From: Geosiphon pyriformis uo1
Lineage: Eukaryota > Fungi > Glomeromycota
Direction of reading: 5' to 3'
Assembly: GCA_016748015.1 (NCBI GenBank)
Contig: JAAOMT010000557.1
Location: 62,001-126,000, forward strand
DNA: 64,000 nucleotides
The notes below the pieces were generated by a model that saw nothing but the letters and a program-made list of their open reading frames with translations, made no database searches and was not told the origin of the DNA. Both the position numbers and the translations under genes were made by a program. Positions within the stretch are counted from its first letter, which is position 1. Every line of letters begins with the position of its first letter. Positions 38,923 through 51,938 of this stretch are shown here, piece by piece.

Positions 38923-41900
38923 CCGAACAAAATGTCGAGCATTGCCTGAGACAACCTGACTATAAGCCATGACGTACCTTTCCCGAACACTCATAGGAAG
39001 AGACAAATCAGAATGAGCAGCATGCCCAGCCAAAGCATCAGCCTTGTCATTGTGAACATCACCTGAATGGCCCTTCATCTTCACCCACCCAATAGAAAGG
39101 TTCTTATCCTCAATCAACTTGCAAATATAATGTCTCTCCACCCAACACTTGTTCCTGAAATCTGGAGCAATCAAACTCAATTCTGAAACACATGCATCAA
39201 TAGCAGCCTAACTATCAGTGTTAATAACAACCAAACACAAAGAAGGAACACATTCCAGCGCCAGAGCAATAGTGTGAAGCTCAGCCATAGTAGAAGAAAG
39301 CAACTTACTGACCTCAACACCAATACCCATACCAGCATCGGGAAAATAAGCTGCAGCCCCACCCACAACCTCTGCAGTGTTCAAATGAGACAGAGAACCA
39401 TTAGTATACACTGTGAAAGCATTAGACCAGAATTCATGCAAATGTTCTTGAACAACCAAATATCTTTCCAAATCAGAAAAGCTTGAACCACTAGAGACTG
39501 TGGATAGACCACTAGGAATGAAATGATGACCATTCATGTATGCAGAAACTTTGGAGTACCACAAGGGTACAGAACCCCTGAAACTTAGTCTTTTCTAGTG
39601 GTGAAAAGTCTTCCAACTGAGAACTGATCCATCCTTGCCTAATAACCTGTCACCAAAGGCAACACCAAAATGCTTTAAAGAGGGAACCACACCAAAATAA
39701 AAGGAGCTACCCAAGATTGTTGACACAGAGAAGCAACCAGCACCACGAAAAGCACAAAGCAAATTGTTGGCCAGGCATATATTATTGTCCAAAAAAATTC
39801 TAACCACACCAGCAAGAAAATTGTTAGAGAAACTAACCCTCAACTTCACAGAATATTGCAAGGGGTTTAACAGAGCCCACCCTAATATCTGTAGATCTAA
39901 AAAACAATGTTCAAACAAATGCCCCAGAATACCAGGTGCATTTGAGAACCAAACCAATGAAGCCACCTTTCCTTCAGCCTGGATCTGTTCAAAAGTTTTC
40001 ATGCCATAAAGGGAGGGATGATGCAAAGCCTCACTGGGAAAATCTTGGGGCAAATTTGCTTTAAATTTGAGACCTTTCCTCAGCATAACATCCTATTTTA
40101 AGCAGACACTCTTAGAAACAAAGCTGAATTATGTGCGATAGCTGACAATAGGTTGCAGAACCGAAGACACCAAGTACACAAATTGTTTGTCCATCAAAGC
40201 CTTTCTGAGAACCATATTGGAGAAGAACCTGACATCTGACTGAGCTTTGGCTAAACTGGGTTTAGACAATCTGTCTGTTGACAAAAAAATGCCCAGATAT
40301 CTATGAACCTCAGTCTGTTTGGCAATAGAGATAGATAGTTTATTAATATGCAGAGATGCAGCTGAAACCCTTTTGTTGATAGGAATTGCCACAGTCTTTT
40401 CACTGTTAATTGTGATATCATTGACCTCAAAAAATTTGTCCACAATATCCAAGATACATTGTGTCGACACTTGACCATTACCAATTCAGATAGTATCATC
40501 CACAAAAGCACCTGCTACTAAGAATGAAGACTGACCACCACTAGACTCAATTCTGCCAAATTTCGCTACAAAGTTGGTATTGATTCTGTAACCATACAAA
40601 TGTTCATGATCCTTAACCTCGCACAACAAAGAGTCATAAAAAATCCTCCACAAGAGAGGAGAGAAGACCTCCTCTTGATCCAAACCATTCAACACACTGT
40701 ATCCATCTGAAAGGCCAAAATCAGTCATCACTCTATTAACCCTGTCTACATGTAAGTTCCCGAAAAACGACACAAATTTGTCACACATTTTGATCCGCTT
40801 CAAACTGGCCTCCAACTGCTGCCAACTAACAGAATTATAGGCCTTATGCATATTCTGCAACACCAACCAAACCTCTCTATTTTTTTCCAGAGCATCTTTC
40901 ACAATTGAACCAACAGCGAAAACTGGAGATTGAGTGGACGTACCCTTCAGGACTGAGAAATTGTTACCCCAGAGAACATCAAATCTGGAACAGACTGAAG
41001 AGATACAGTCAGACAATAATTTAGAGAGTATCTTTCTGGCTGTCTCAATTAATGCAATGGGTCTTGTATTTGTAAGAATGCCATCCCATTCATATGGTTT
41101 GGAAATCATAGAAACCCAAGCTCTTTTCCAAAGGACCAGAATCTCACTGGTATTTAAGCAAGAATTCAAGAGACCCAACAAACACCCAAGCATATTATCA
41201 CCACAATGTTTCCATAGCTCATTAGAGATACCAGACAGGCCAGCCGCTTTGCCATCAGGTAGATTCAAAATCACATTCACCAATTCATTGAAATGGATGT
41301 TATTCATGACATCAAAGAAGGCATTATCTTTCACATAATCCAAAGGTGTGTATTGGTGGGCCCATCTGGAGGGCATCACTGAAAGTAACATATGCTCTCT
41401 TGTCCAGTTAATCATAATACTGTCAACCCTGCTTTTCATCTCAATTGGATCCAAAACCAGTTCATTGCCTATGACCAAGTGGTCCAACACAATCTTACAA
41501 AAAGGCCACTCCAAAACACTCCTAATCATGCCACCCTTGTTAAAACTGAAATTCTCCATGCATTTATTGATAGCACTCCGAATTGCTGTATTCCTAGCCA
41601 CTCTGGATTCATAATACTTAAACTTTCTATAACACTTCCTAACCTGAGACAGATGCTTGAACACCTCCACCAAATCAGCTTTATTTTAAACCAAGAAATC
41701 AAACTTGAAAGCCTCTTTACAATTTACCAGAAACCATCTTTTGATTAAGCAATCACACTTATGCTTATCACCTGTATTCAAACTCTTGACAACCTTAGCT
41801 ACCAACAATTCAAGTCCAAGAAATTTCGATGAATGTTTGTTCCTTGAACAGTTAAATTTGCTAAACCAGCGCCTAGAAAACATAGCATCAGCAGCTTTCA

Positions 41901-42806
41901 CTATAATTTCACACAACACATCCCACATCTCATCCAGGTTATCAAGAACCTTAGCACTCAAAAAACTACCTATGACCAAGGACAGAGCAGCAGACACATT
42001 ATCCTTAAACTGTAACCATTTGGAAGGGTCAGCATCCTTAAAGTCAAATTTCCATCTGTCTCTATTGGCTTGTTTGCGAATACTGTTTAGCTGAGCATCA
42101 AAAAGACCCCCCAGCCTAATTGAAACTGAAATCATCTTATGATCCATGTTAAAAAACTTCGAAACCATGCCAATGTCCCACTTCATCAGAGCAGAAACTA
42201 AGTTTTCACTAACAAAAATATAATCAATAACTTTTTTTACACCTCTGGAGTTGCTCCACATAGATGAACTAGCCAAAGAGTGTCCTTTGAAAGAGTTAAC
42301 AAGACCCAGATCCACACATTTTCTGAGACTAGCACTTTTCTTGGTATCTGATTCATTGAAGTCCCCACCCAAGATGACAAAAGAGCTTGAGTTGATAGCG
42401 CTAGTGATCATGGAGTTGACAGCAAAAGCCTGGCCAAAATGCACACTAGTAGACACACCTGTGTAGATACCCAAGATTGTAACTGAAAGTTTGCCCTTAA
42501 ACAAGAGCCAAATCAAAATCAACTGACCAGGAATCTCATCAATCTTTAAAACATGCTGAGCCACCGAAGAGTTCATAATAACAGTCATGCCAGCACCAAA
42601 AGAACCCGCATCAAGACCTGACGTAAAAATGTGAACACCAGAGAACCTATTCATGATCCACGGCTTAATGCCAGATTTCAACTTTGTCTTCATAATGATA
42701 GACATGTCATTACCAGAATCTATGTGCCATCTAACTACATCATTCTGTTTGGCAGGAATGTTCACACCCCTCACATTACATGTCACAATTCTCCAAACCA
42801 AACTGC

Positions 42807-44648
42807 TCATTGAGATAAAAAAGAGACCGCAGAACCCGAGCCAGCACACACTTGATCTAACTTCTTCAATACTGAACAAATCAAAGCTTCAAGAGCCATC
42901 AACTTCGACTCCAAACAGCCCACTTTTAAAGTCAAAATTTTCGAACTACTCAAACCCAAATTAGAAACACCAGAGGAAACTGAAAAGAAAGGAAGAGCCA
43001 TAGGCTTAGGATCATCCAGGACCATATTTGAACCAAATTTCACATTTGCCATAACAGGGATAACTGATGGCTGAAAAGAAGAGGTGAGAGCTATGAGCAC
43101 CAGGTTTAAATTGTCAAGTTTGTTTACAATACCCGACACCTTATCTGTGAAAAGTTCCAAAGAATGCTCCAAAGAAATGAGACGAGTTTCCAAAAATGAA
43201 TTAACAGAAACCACAGGAAACGAATGACCAATCACACTTGAGGCACCAGAAGAAGAGCCAAAACCAGAACCAGAACCAGGGTGAGAACCATCAGATGAAG
43301 ATACCAGAGAGACAACCTGGGCCCAAAATTTGCCACCAAATGCAGCCGGTCAAGAAATAGGCACACTCTTTTTTGCATACAGCTTGGCCAACTGGAGGCG
43401 GTTCTCATCAGAGACAACCCTTTTAAATGACTTGGACAGTTTAGTAGAAGCTGAGATCTCAGCATCACACTCTAGAACAGAATAACCAAGTTTCCCATAC
43501 TGTTCACACCAAACAAGGTCCAATCTAGCCCAAGAAAGTTTTACCCCACCAAAAATAGGCTCTGTACAAAATGCAGACTCCAATATCTTGTCATTCTCAA
43601 AACAAACCACAGCACAATGAACTCTATTACCAGTGTCCAAGGACCAATTTATAACACAAGTTTTCTCACCAGCTCTTGTCAAGAGATCACCAAGATCATA
43701 AGCCATTGTTTCCACTGGTAAAGTAAACAAAAGTGCCTTATACCGATCCCTAGATGCCCATGTCTCATGATCCCCCACAGCCTTGACTACATGCATCGAA
43801 TCTTTCCCAATTAAAAATGACCACTTAGCTGCCAACTGATCTGTCTGACTCAATTTGGCAAACTCCACCACAGCCTTCTGCCACAGCCCAATGAGTTGTA
43901 CTCGGATCAACACTACTTGACCAAACTCGAATACTGTGGTAATGATCATTTCTTTTGACATGTCCATGAGAATTTCCTTGATTACTACAATCCGATCTGA
44001 GCAAATTTCTTGTTTCTTAAGATCGCTGTTTACTATGATGTTATTTTCCCTGGCCAATGACATGGCTTTCTCCATGCTTTCTGATGAGACAAATGTTGAT
44101 CGGATGATCCTTTCAAATTTTGAGGGGGTAGTGGCCTCCCCAAAACCATTGATTGTTGAAAATAATTTCCTGATAACCTGAGTCTTGGCCGTCACTAATT
44201 TCCTCTCCACAGCAGATAGATTAATGTTCAAAGCAAACAATTTCTTTACAGTAACTTCCACTTAAGACTTAACAATTTTGGGATCCACCCACACCTTTTT
44301 CAGAGAGAAAGACAAACGGGGAGGAAGAGAAACTTCCTCCTCATCATCCATGTCATAATTAATAGAGCCGAGAGGGGAGCCAACAGTTGCACCATTATTG
44401 AAACACTTGGCTTGAAGCGTATTTATCTTGGAATCAGGTACTTCCTTACCTTTGGAAGCTTCTCCATCAGTATTCATGCCATTAAACTGCCTGACCACAT
44501 GACCAGACCCACCACTTTCGAGAGTTGTATCACCACTTGAGAGCTTAACACCACCAGGAGGTTTCTTGATTTTATGACCTGAACCACTACCAACCGAACC
44601 AGTGGTTAAAACTCTGGTTGACCTTCTCTTAACACTAGAGCCACTCAT
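42807..44648 (-). pseudogene. LINE ORF1 (gag-like nucleic-acid-binding protein), premature stops
   Basis: ORFs 44262-44648, 43350-44261 and 42807-43235 share a frame; degenerate zinc knuckle CEQYGKLGYSVLEC; C-terminal coiled-coil-like segment; overlaps the ORF2 start by ATGA. Confidence 0.85.
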
Positions 44649-46867
44649 AGTGGCAGCTGGACTGACAACGAAAGGGTTTGTTTCTTGTGAAATAGTAGAA
44701 GACAGTATATAAAAAACAGAAAAACTTCTTTCAAAATTTTGACTCTTTTTCAGGAATTTGGGACGAAGGAGAGAAAGAAGTTTTTTTATTTTTTATAGAT
44801 AATATAATGATAATAATAGTCTTTTAATTCCAAATCTTTGATTCAATTCTGTTAATGTTCTGTTTACAAAGTGAGTTTTCTGGTCTAATAACAATTTTTT
44901 TGAACATCTATATCAACAAATCAAATCTTAATGAACAAATTTAACTATAAATTTTGCATTTGCTTTTTAAATTGCTTTTGCTTCTGGCTATTTTGTAAGA
45001 TATTCTATAACTACTGTTATATATTAATTGTTTCTACTGGTTATAATTAATGGTTTAACTAAGTTAATTTCAATTTAATTAAATAGTTGTCCCACTTTAA
45101 TTAGTCTTAATAGTTTACTAGATTTTATTTCTCCTTTTTTTTAATAAGCATCACAATTTTGAACATATTAAATAATGTCTAGATATATTAATAGCCAGTA
45201 GTATCTTTTTTTGGTTCTGTAATTACTCTAAGTGACTGGTTTGAATCTTTTCTGTTTTTTTAATATAATATATTTTGGTAAGTGATAAAGTATTTTGATT
45301 GTTGTTTTGTTTTTTTTGAGATAATTTTTCTTTAAACTATTGAGTATTAATATAATATTAGAGTTGTTAATATTTTTGTGTATTCATTTTTTGTTATATT
45401 TTTGGGTTGAAATGTTTAGATTTGTCTTATTCATGATAAACTATTAGCATTTTCATTTTTTTTATTTTACATGACAATCATCTTTAAATTCTTGTTTTTG
45501 GATTAATGTTAATCCTTTGTAATTAGTGTATACATTAAACTTTTAACTTAAATATTTTTTCTATTTGATAATAGTTCAATAGATAGCTAAATGTTTTAAT
45601 GCTAAAGTTTTATAGTTTTTTTTGACTAGACTTAAATTTTGGCTGGTATATGTTACTGAATGTTCTCATTTATTAGCTTTTTTTTGTAACAATACAGTTT
45701 TTAATGCTTAATTGGATGCATTAGTAGTAATAATAAATAACTTGCTGTAATCTGAATAGATTAGTATTAAAGCTTAAATAAGCTTTCTTCTTAAAATATC
45801 AAAAACTTCTTGTTGGTTTTTAGTTTATTCATATTTAATGTTCTTGGCTTAAAGCTGGTAAAGTGGTTGTACCAGTTTGAAGAAATTTTGAATAAAGCAG
45901 TAATAGTATCTGGCAAATCCCAAAAATGCTTTTAGTTCCATCAAGTTTGTTGGTATTAGAAAGTTCTTAACTATTTTAATTTTATCTGGATCTGTTTTGA
46001 TGTCATATTTGTTTACAATATGTCTCAAAAACTTGAGTTCAGTTTTGCCAAAAAAGCATTTGGTTGTATTTAATTTCAATACAGCTTTTCTTAACTTTTT
46101 GAATATTTGTTGAAAATAATGAAAATAATCATTAAATGTTTTTAAAAACACATTGGTGTTATTTAAGTAAACCACTATGAATTTCTATAGTAATCTGGTA
46201 TAGACAATTTTCATAAGCTATTAAAAAGTAACTGGGACATTAGTTAAGCTAAATAACATAATATTGAATTTAAAATTCTTTTTTCTAGTAGTAAATACTG
46301 TCTTTTTCTTATCAGCTAAATTCATGACTACTTGTCAGTAATTACTATTTAAGTTTAATGTTAAGAATCATTTTTTTTTTAAAAGCATTAAATAACTTTT
46401 CAATCTGTAAAGTCAGATAGTTGTTTTTATGAGTAATACTATTAAGTTTTTAGTAGTCTACACAAAAATAGATTTTTCTATTTTTTTTCTACTAATAATG
46501 ATCATGAACTCATTAATAGTTAAATTAATTTATTGTTTAATATTTAGTTGATTTTTTATCTGATGATCTCATGACTAGTAAGTAGTACTCTGTATGTTCT
46601 TTGTTTAATTGACATAATATCTCCAGTTTTAATCTGATGTTGAATGATATTAGTTCTGCTAAATTTGTTTTTACTGGCAAAAATATCAATAAAATTATTA
46701 AGTAGCAGTTTGATTTGCATACATTAAAGTAGATCTAAATTTCTCAAGTTTATTTGTTCTAATTGTTTTGGTTGTAATAAATAGCATTTTTCTTGTTCAT
46801 ATATAGTTTGCAATATAATATTTACATATTTACAAAGTTGTAAAAAGTTTGAAATGATAGTGGGTGC

Positions 46868-47721
46868 TATTATAGATAATTATTTGGGGTCTGGAAACAA
46901 ATAACAAACCCATAACTTGGTGCTTAATAAATAATCTAATGAGTGATGTTTGAAGATTTTGGTAATTTGAAGGTTTTGATATCAGAAAATTTTGGTAGAG
47001 TCTTTTGTATAATGAACAGAGATTTAATAGTTGTTTTTAGTAGTTTTCTGAAATTGCAATTCTGTCAATTCTTTTTTCAGCTTGGTGGTTGACAATCCTC
47101 TGATAAGTAATTTTTAAATTTAAATGTTTACTCTCTTACATAAAATTTTTGATCAGACAATTCTTAATATTAGCAACTCAGTGCTTAATCCTTAATCAAT
47201 TAGTAAACAACAAAAAATAAAGAAAAAAATAAAATAAAAAACATAAAAAAAATTAGCCAAAACAAAAAAGAGTTAGTATTTTATCAATAGCCATAATCAA
47301 AAGCTATTGGTCCAGTATAGTTAAGTATCAGCAATTATTAACATGAATTGTTAATAGTGAAAAGATAGGTTGTAATATATAATAAGTATTTTATTAATAT
47401 TGGATGTTTTTATTTCAAGTCATAAAATATTATTGTATAAAGAAATAAATCTGAAATTAGAACTGAAGGTTCTAAGCTAAAAATTCTGTCTTTTCTGCTT
47501 TTAATACTATTGCTATATATATATAAATTTTATTGTATGAGATTTTTTAAATTTCTCAATTTTTTAGCCAGAAATTCTGGAATTTCTGAAATCTTGCGAT
47601 TCTTCACATGAGAATCCTGCAATTCTTCTGAAAGAAATTCTGGAATTCCACTTTTACTATGTTTTATTCTAATTGGCTAATTTATGTATTAATATATAAT
47701 TCCTATATTTTATAAGTAATA
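46868..47721 (-). mobile_element. Solo LTR (family A) with 4-bp TSD GTGC/GTGT
   Basis: Reverse complement aligns to the young LTR end to end; gtgc at 46864-46867 and gtgt at 47722-47725; flanks are contiguous old Gypsy sequence. Confidence 0.85.
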
Positions 47722-49225
47722 GTGTTTAATTCTTAACTTTAACACTTAAGTATCTAATGATGTTTTCATTTGGTATTTTTATGAAGTTTTCAGTTGTATT
47801 ATGTATTAAGATCTTAATGTATTTGTGGTTTTTAGATGATATATAAAGATTGATAATATTTGTTTTAGCTTTAAAAATCTGGATTTGATCTTTTACTTTT
47901 CTCTTTATAACTAATATATACTAGTTATATGATAAAATAGAAATTAATTGATGGGTGGAGATAATTTTTTTCTTATCAATGATTTTTTTTTCTGTTATAT
48001 TAACTGGTACTTTTATTTTATCTATAAATTCAAACTTCTTTATTTTTCTTACTATAATTTTTAACTTTTTTCTGGTTTTTACTGACATTAACTGAGTTAT
48101 TTTAACCAAAGACAGAAATATTGTCTATACTATCTTTTTATTTGGTTTAATTGTGTATTCTTTTTCCAAATCATTTTGTAGTATTGTAATAATATTTTTT
48201 ATATATTTTGCATCAATTATTTTTTTTCTAATATTAATTTCTTTTTTTATTAAACTATCTAAAAACTAATTAGATTATTGTTATTGTTAGAATTTTTAGT
48301 ACTATTTTTAAATCTATGCTAATACACAAATAAAATTCCAATCTGATGGCAGTTTTTTCTGAATATCTGAAATTAAATTTTGTATTAGTATTATGTACAT
48401 ATTTTGATATAATATTCTTATTATTATTACTAAATTATTTATGTTTCTGTTTCTTTGAAAAATTTGAAAGTGCAATATATTGTTAGAATTTTTGTCAGAG
48501 TTTGAATTATTATTGTTGTTATTGCTATTGTAAAAAGAGTTGAAACTATTGTTGTTATCATCATTAAGATCTGAATTACAATTGAATTTTGATTTTAATT
48601 CTAATACATATTTGCTGATTAGTTCTTTCTTTTTGGAAATTAAATAAATTATGTATAGTAATAGATTGTAGATAAGATTACAATTGTTATAATATTTAAA
48701 GTTATTGGGAATTAGATAATATTTACAGAGTTTAGTATTTATTTGTTCCAAATACTGCTCTTGCTCTTCTTTAATAGATGTTAAATTTTGGTAATGTTTA
48801 TGAAATTATTCTGGATTGCTTAGGATGTTAATAAATGCATTTGAGTTGGAAATAAAAACAGTTTTAACAGGTTTTGGTGGGTTGTTTTTAATTATCAATA
48901 ATTTATTAAGTAAAGTGTTTTTGACTTTGGTGCTTGCTATTTGCCAGATTTTATTTTTATTATGTGAATATTCATTCAAGTATAAGAGTACTTTGTTTTA
49001 TGCAGTATTAAAAGATATTTTTCAGCCCATCCAGTTACTTATAAGAATTGTATATTAACACAATACATTATCTATTTTTTTACAACCAAAAATATTATTT
49101 TACATTCTTTTATTAAATAGCATTTTTTCATAAGCAAGACATGATTTATTGTTCCACTTTTCCTGTTGTTTTGGATATCCAAAGTGTTTTCTATGACATA
49201 GTTTGCAATAGTAATAGGTATATAT

Positions 49226-49615
49226 TGTTACAAATAATTATTTGGAGTGTTAATACAAATAACAAATTCATAATTTGGTGCTCAATAGCTGATAATATTG
49301 GTAATTTCTAAAGATTTTGAAATTTAAAGGTTTTGGTTAAATTCTTTATATAATAGACAAAAATTTAATTGATAGTTTCTTTTGTGAAATTTTTTTTTCA
49401 ACATAGTGGCTGGTTTATTTTGACAGTTATGTCTTTTTGGTAAATTATTCTTAAATTTTTATTCTTGTTCTTAAGTTTTCTACCAGTTTATCTTTGACAT
49501 CAAATACTTAGTGCTTAATTTTTTTAATCAATTAGTAAACAACAAAAAAATAAAACAAACTAAAATAAAAAAAATAAAAAAAAAGAAGAAAAGAAAAGAA
49601 AAAATTAGTATCTTG
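49226..49615 (-). mobile_element. Partial family A LTR (3' half)
   Basis: Begins tgttacaaataat (LTR end in reverse); aligns with 24608-24970. Confidence 0.7.
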
Positions 49616-49616
49616 T

Positions 49617-50330
49617 TATTACTTATAGAAAAAGTACAAGAAAAAAAGTTGAAAAAACAAATAAAAAAATAGACTAATAAGAAAATAATACTTAATAAGG
49701 AAGCATAATATTAGAAAATTATAATATATTGCTTAACAATAGGCATAATGTTAGTAAATTATAGTATACTGTTCAGCAATGAGCATATTATCAGAAAATC
49801 ATGGCATATTGTTTAGCAATAAGCATATTATTAAAAAAAATAGGACATATTACTCAAGAAAATGTAAAATTTTATATAACAAGAAATATGTATATATAGT
49901 AAGGATATTAGAAACAGAAAAGACAGAATTGATCTAAAAAAATCAGTTATAATCTATTAATTATCTAATACTTTTTTCTTCAAAAGATAGTTTTCTACAA
50001 CTTGAAATAGAATCTAATCACATATTAATAAAATATTAATTATTACCTGAATTCATATTATTATTACTTGATTAAAAAATATTAATTAATTATACACTAT
50101 CAATACTTTATATTAATAAAATCTAAGACTTAATTATACTGAACCAATAGCTTTTAATTATGATTATTGACAGAATATTAATTTTTTATTTTTTTTTATT
50201 TTTTTTATTTTTTTTTATTTTGTTTTCTGTGTTGTTTGTTAATTGATTAAAAGGATTAAGTGCTGAGTATTTAACATCAAGAATAATCTAGTAAAAAATT
50301 CAAGAATAAGATAGAAATTTAAGAATAATT
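49617..50330 (+). mobile_element. Truncated family A-related LTR with a different U3 array (3 x 40 bp, 49711-49830)
   Basis: Starts tattacttatagaa (cf. tgttactcatagaa); shares tgtatatatag...ttagaaacagaaaagacagaattgat and the downstream T-rich block with the young LTR. Confidence 0.65.
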
Positions 50331-50998
50331 TATATATAATTACAAATAATATACAAATTTTATACTTTAATTAATTATTATCTTAGTAAATTTAAAAGTT
50401 TTTAAAAATATTGTTATATTAGTTTTTTAATACAAATTTTTGACTTAAAGTTATATAAAATCAGTTTATAGTATTACAGATTGGAGTAACAAGTTAATAG
50501 ATAGCAAGAAAAAACAGAATTATAAGGTAATAAAAGAAATCAAAGAAAATTTAACTTCAAAGAGTGAGATTAGTCTCATAAAATATCTCGGTGATTATAC
50601 TTTTCAAAAAATAACCAAAGAATTTGAAAGTAGAAAGATAGTCTGTACTGTCAACAAATAATTACACACTAGTATAATTCTATGCCTTATATTAGCATTC
50701 ATAGAATTCAATATTAGGTATTAGATATACTCTTTAGTCATATTTTATTTAATAATCTTTAAATGCTACAATTACACATTTCAGAAAAAAGGTAGAAAAT
50801 AACCAACAAGTAATCTTTTATCCCAAGATGTTCAAATACTTGAAGATAGAGAAAAAGAAAGAAAAATTAGCAATAAGAAAAAGATTAAGATGAAAGTTGT
50901 TATTTTATTTATTTTATTTTCTTGATTTCTAACATGTTTTGTTTTTTTATATGTTTTTCTACAGTTAAGAGATTCATTGCTTATATAGCTATTAAAAA

Positions 50999-51108
50999 TG
51001 GTCAATAATCAAGTCAACAACTAGGTTAATGATCAGATCAATAATCAGGTTAATAATTAGGTTAATGATTAGGTCAACAGTCAGGTTATTGATTAGGTTA
51101 ATAATTAC
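50999..51108 (+). repeat. 12-bp tandem repeat (consensus ~caggttaatgat), degenerate (VNDQ)n coding repeat
   Basis: About nine units; translates VNNQVNN*VNDQINNQVNN*VND*VNSQVID*VNN. Confidence 0.7.
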
Positions 51109-51938
51109 TTTCTAAAAATAGAGTGGCTAATTATATGATATTAGTGGCTAATACATATGATAACTAATAAAAAGTATGAATTTCAACCATAACAATAGAA
51201 ATTAAGTTATTATTTTTATTATAAATGCCAAATTATTTAAATTTTAAGATATTATTGTAAAATCTAATATATAAACCATATTTTTTTGCATTTATAAATA
51301 ATTTTTTTTTAATATTCAAATTAATAATATATTTAAACATTTAATTTAACAATTTCATACTTAATATATTCAGTTTGTAAGTATTGTTTTTATGCTAATA
51401 ATACTAAAATTATTTTTTTATAATCTATAAATTAATTCAAAAATAATTTTTTTAATTTAAAAATATTTGTAATAAATATAATAAAATTTAAGCATTCAGC
51501 TAAAAACTATAACAATGTTTTCCAAAAACTTTTTGTAAAACCTCAACATTTTACATTTAACAAAAAAGAAAAGAATTTGTTTAATAAAATTTAAGAATCA
51601 AGTCAAATAAATTATATTAACAGCTAATTTTAATGATTTTTCACTTCAAGTAATACTGACAATAATTAGTTAAGACATATCCCTTACCTTCTATTTCCAC
51701 ACTTGTTGAGAAATTAAGTAATTCATTGGCAATTTTTATAAATTCCTTCATACTACCTTCATGCTGCGCTCATAAATTCAGGTCGCCGAATGGAATAGGG
51801 CTTTCGATGCACTTGCCAATGTGCATTACCGGATTAAAGTAAATCATGACAGTCTTGTGCTGTAGATCGGTTTACTTGATTCCACGCTCATCAATGACTT
51901 AAAATTAATTACGTTTGACTCAACGCGTTACGTAGAGC

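Larger units (their letters stand above)
27956..42810 (-). pseudogene. LINE ORF2 (APE endonuclease, reverse transcriptase, RNase H, C-terminal CCHC), premature stops, interrupted by Gypsy 28758-38922
   Basis: TCNVRG, GGDFN, IDYIF, DH (APE); KAAGLSG, RPIALIE, Q..VFSPLLW, FVDDT, RYLGI (RT); VYTNGSL, MAELH, GHSG.VHNDKADALA (RNase H); CLMCGDVELSDHVFTC (28400-28702). Confidence 0.92.
27825..44791 (-). mobile_element. Full-length (~6.8 kb without insert) LINE with ORF1, APE-RT-RNase H-CCHC ORF2, poly-A tail and 12-bp TSD; inactivated
   Basis: TSD tttatagataat at 27813-27824 and 44792-44803; T-run at 27825-27833; ORF1 and ORF2 fragments each stay in one frame. Confidence 0.92.
25357..49225 (-). mobile_element. 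Old decayed Gypsy copy of the same lineage as the young element, split by nested insertions (pieces 25357-25689, 26734-27824, 44792-46867, 47722-49225)
   Basis: Pieces are collinear with the young element: 3' domain, integrase, RNase H, RT (ORF 45849-46175 VYLNNT...CFFGKTELKFL), dUTPase remnant (47921-48400) and Cys-rich region (48314-49220). Gag, protease and the 5' LTR are not seen. Confidence 0.85.

Noticed and set aside
39764-44181. Several plus-strand ORFs of 60-135 aa over the LINE
   Set aside because: Antisense shadows of LINE ORF1/ORF2, with no motifs of their own.
49226-49615. 5' LTR of the old Gypsy copy
   Set aside because: It abuts the Cys-rich coding region with no PBS, gag or protease in between, so it is more likely a separate insertion or deletion product.
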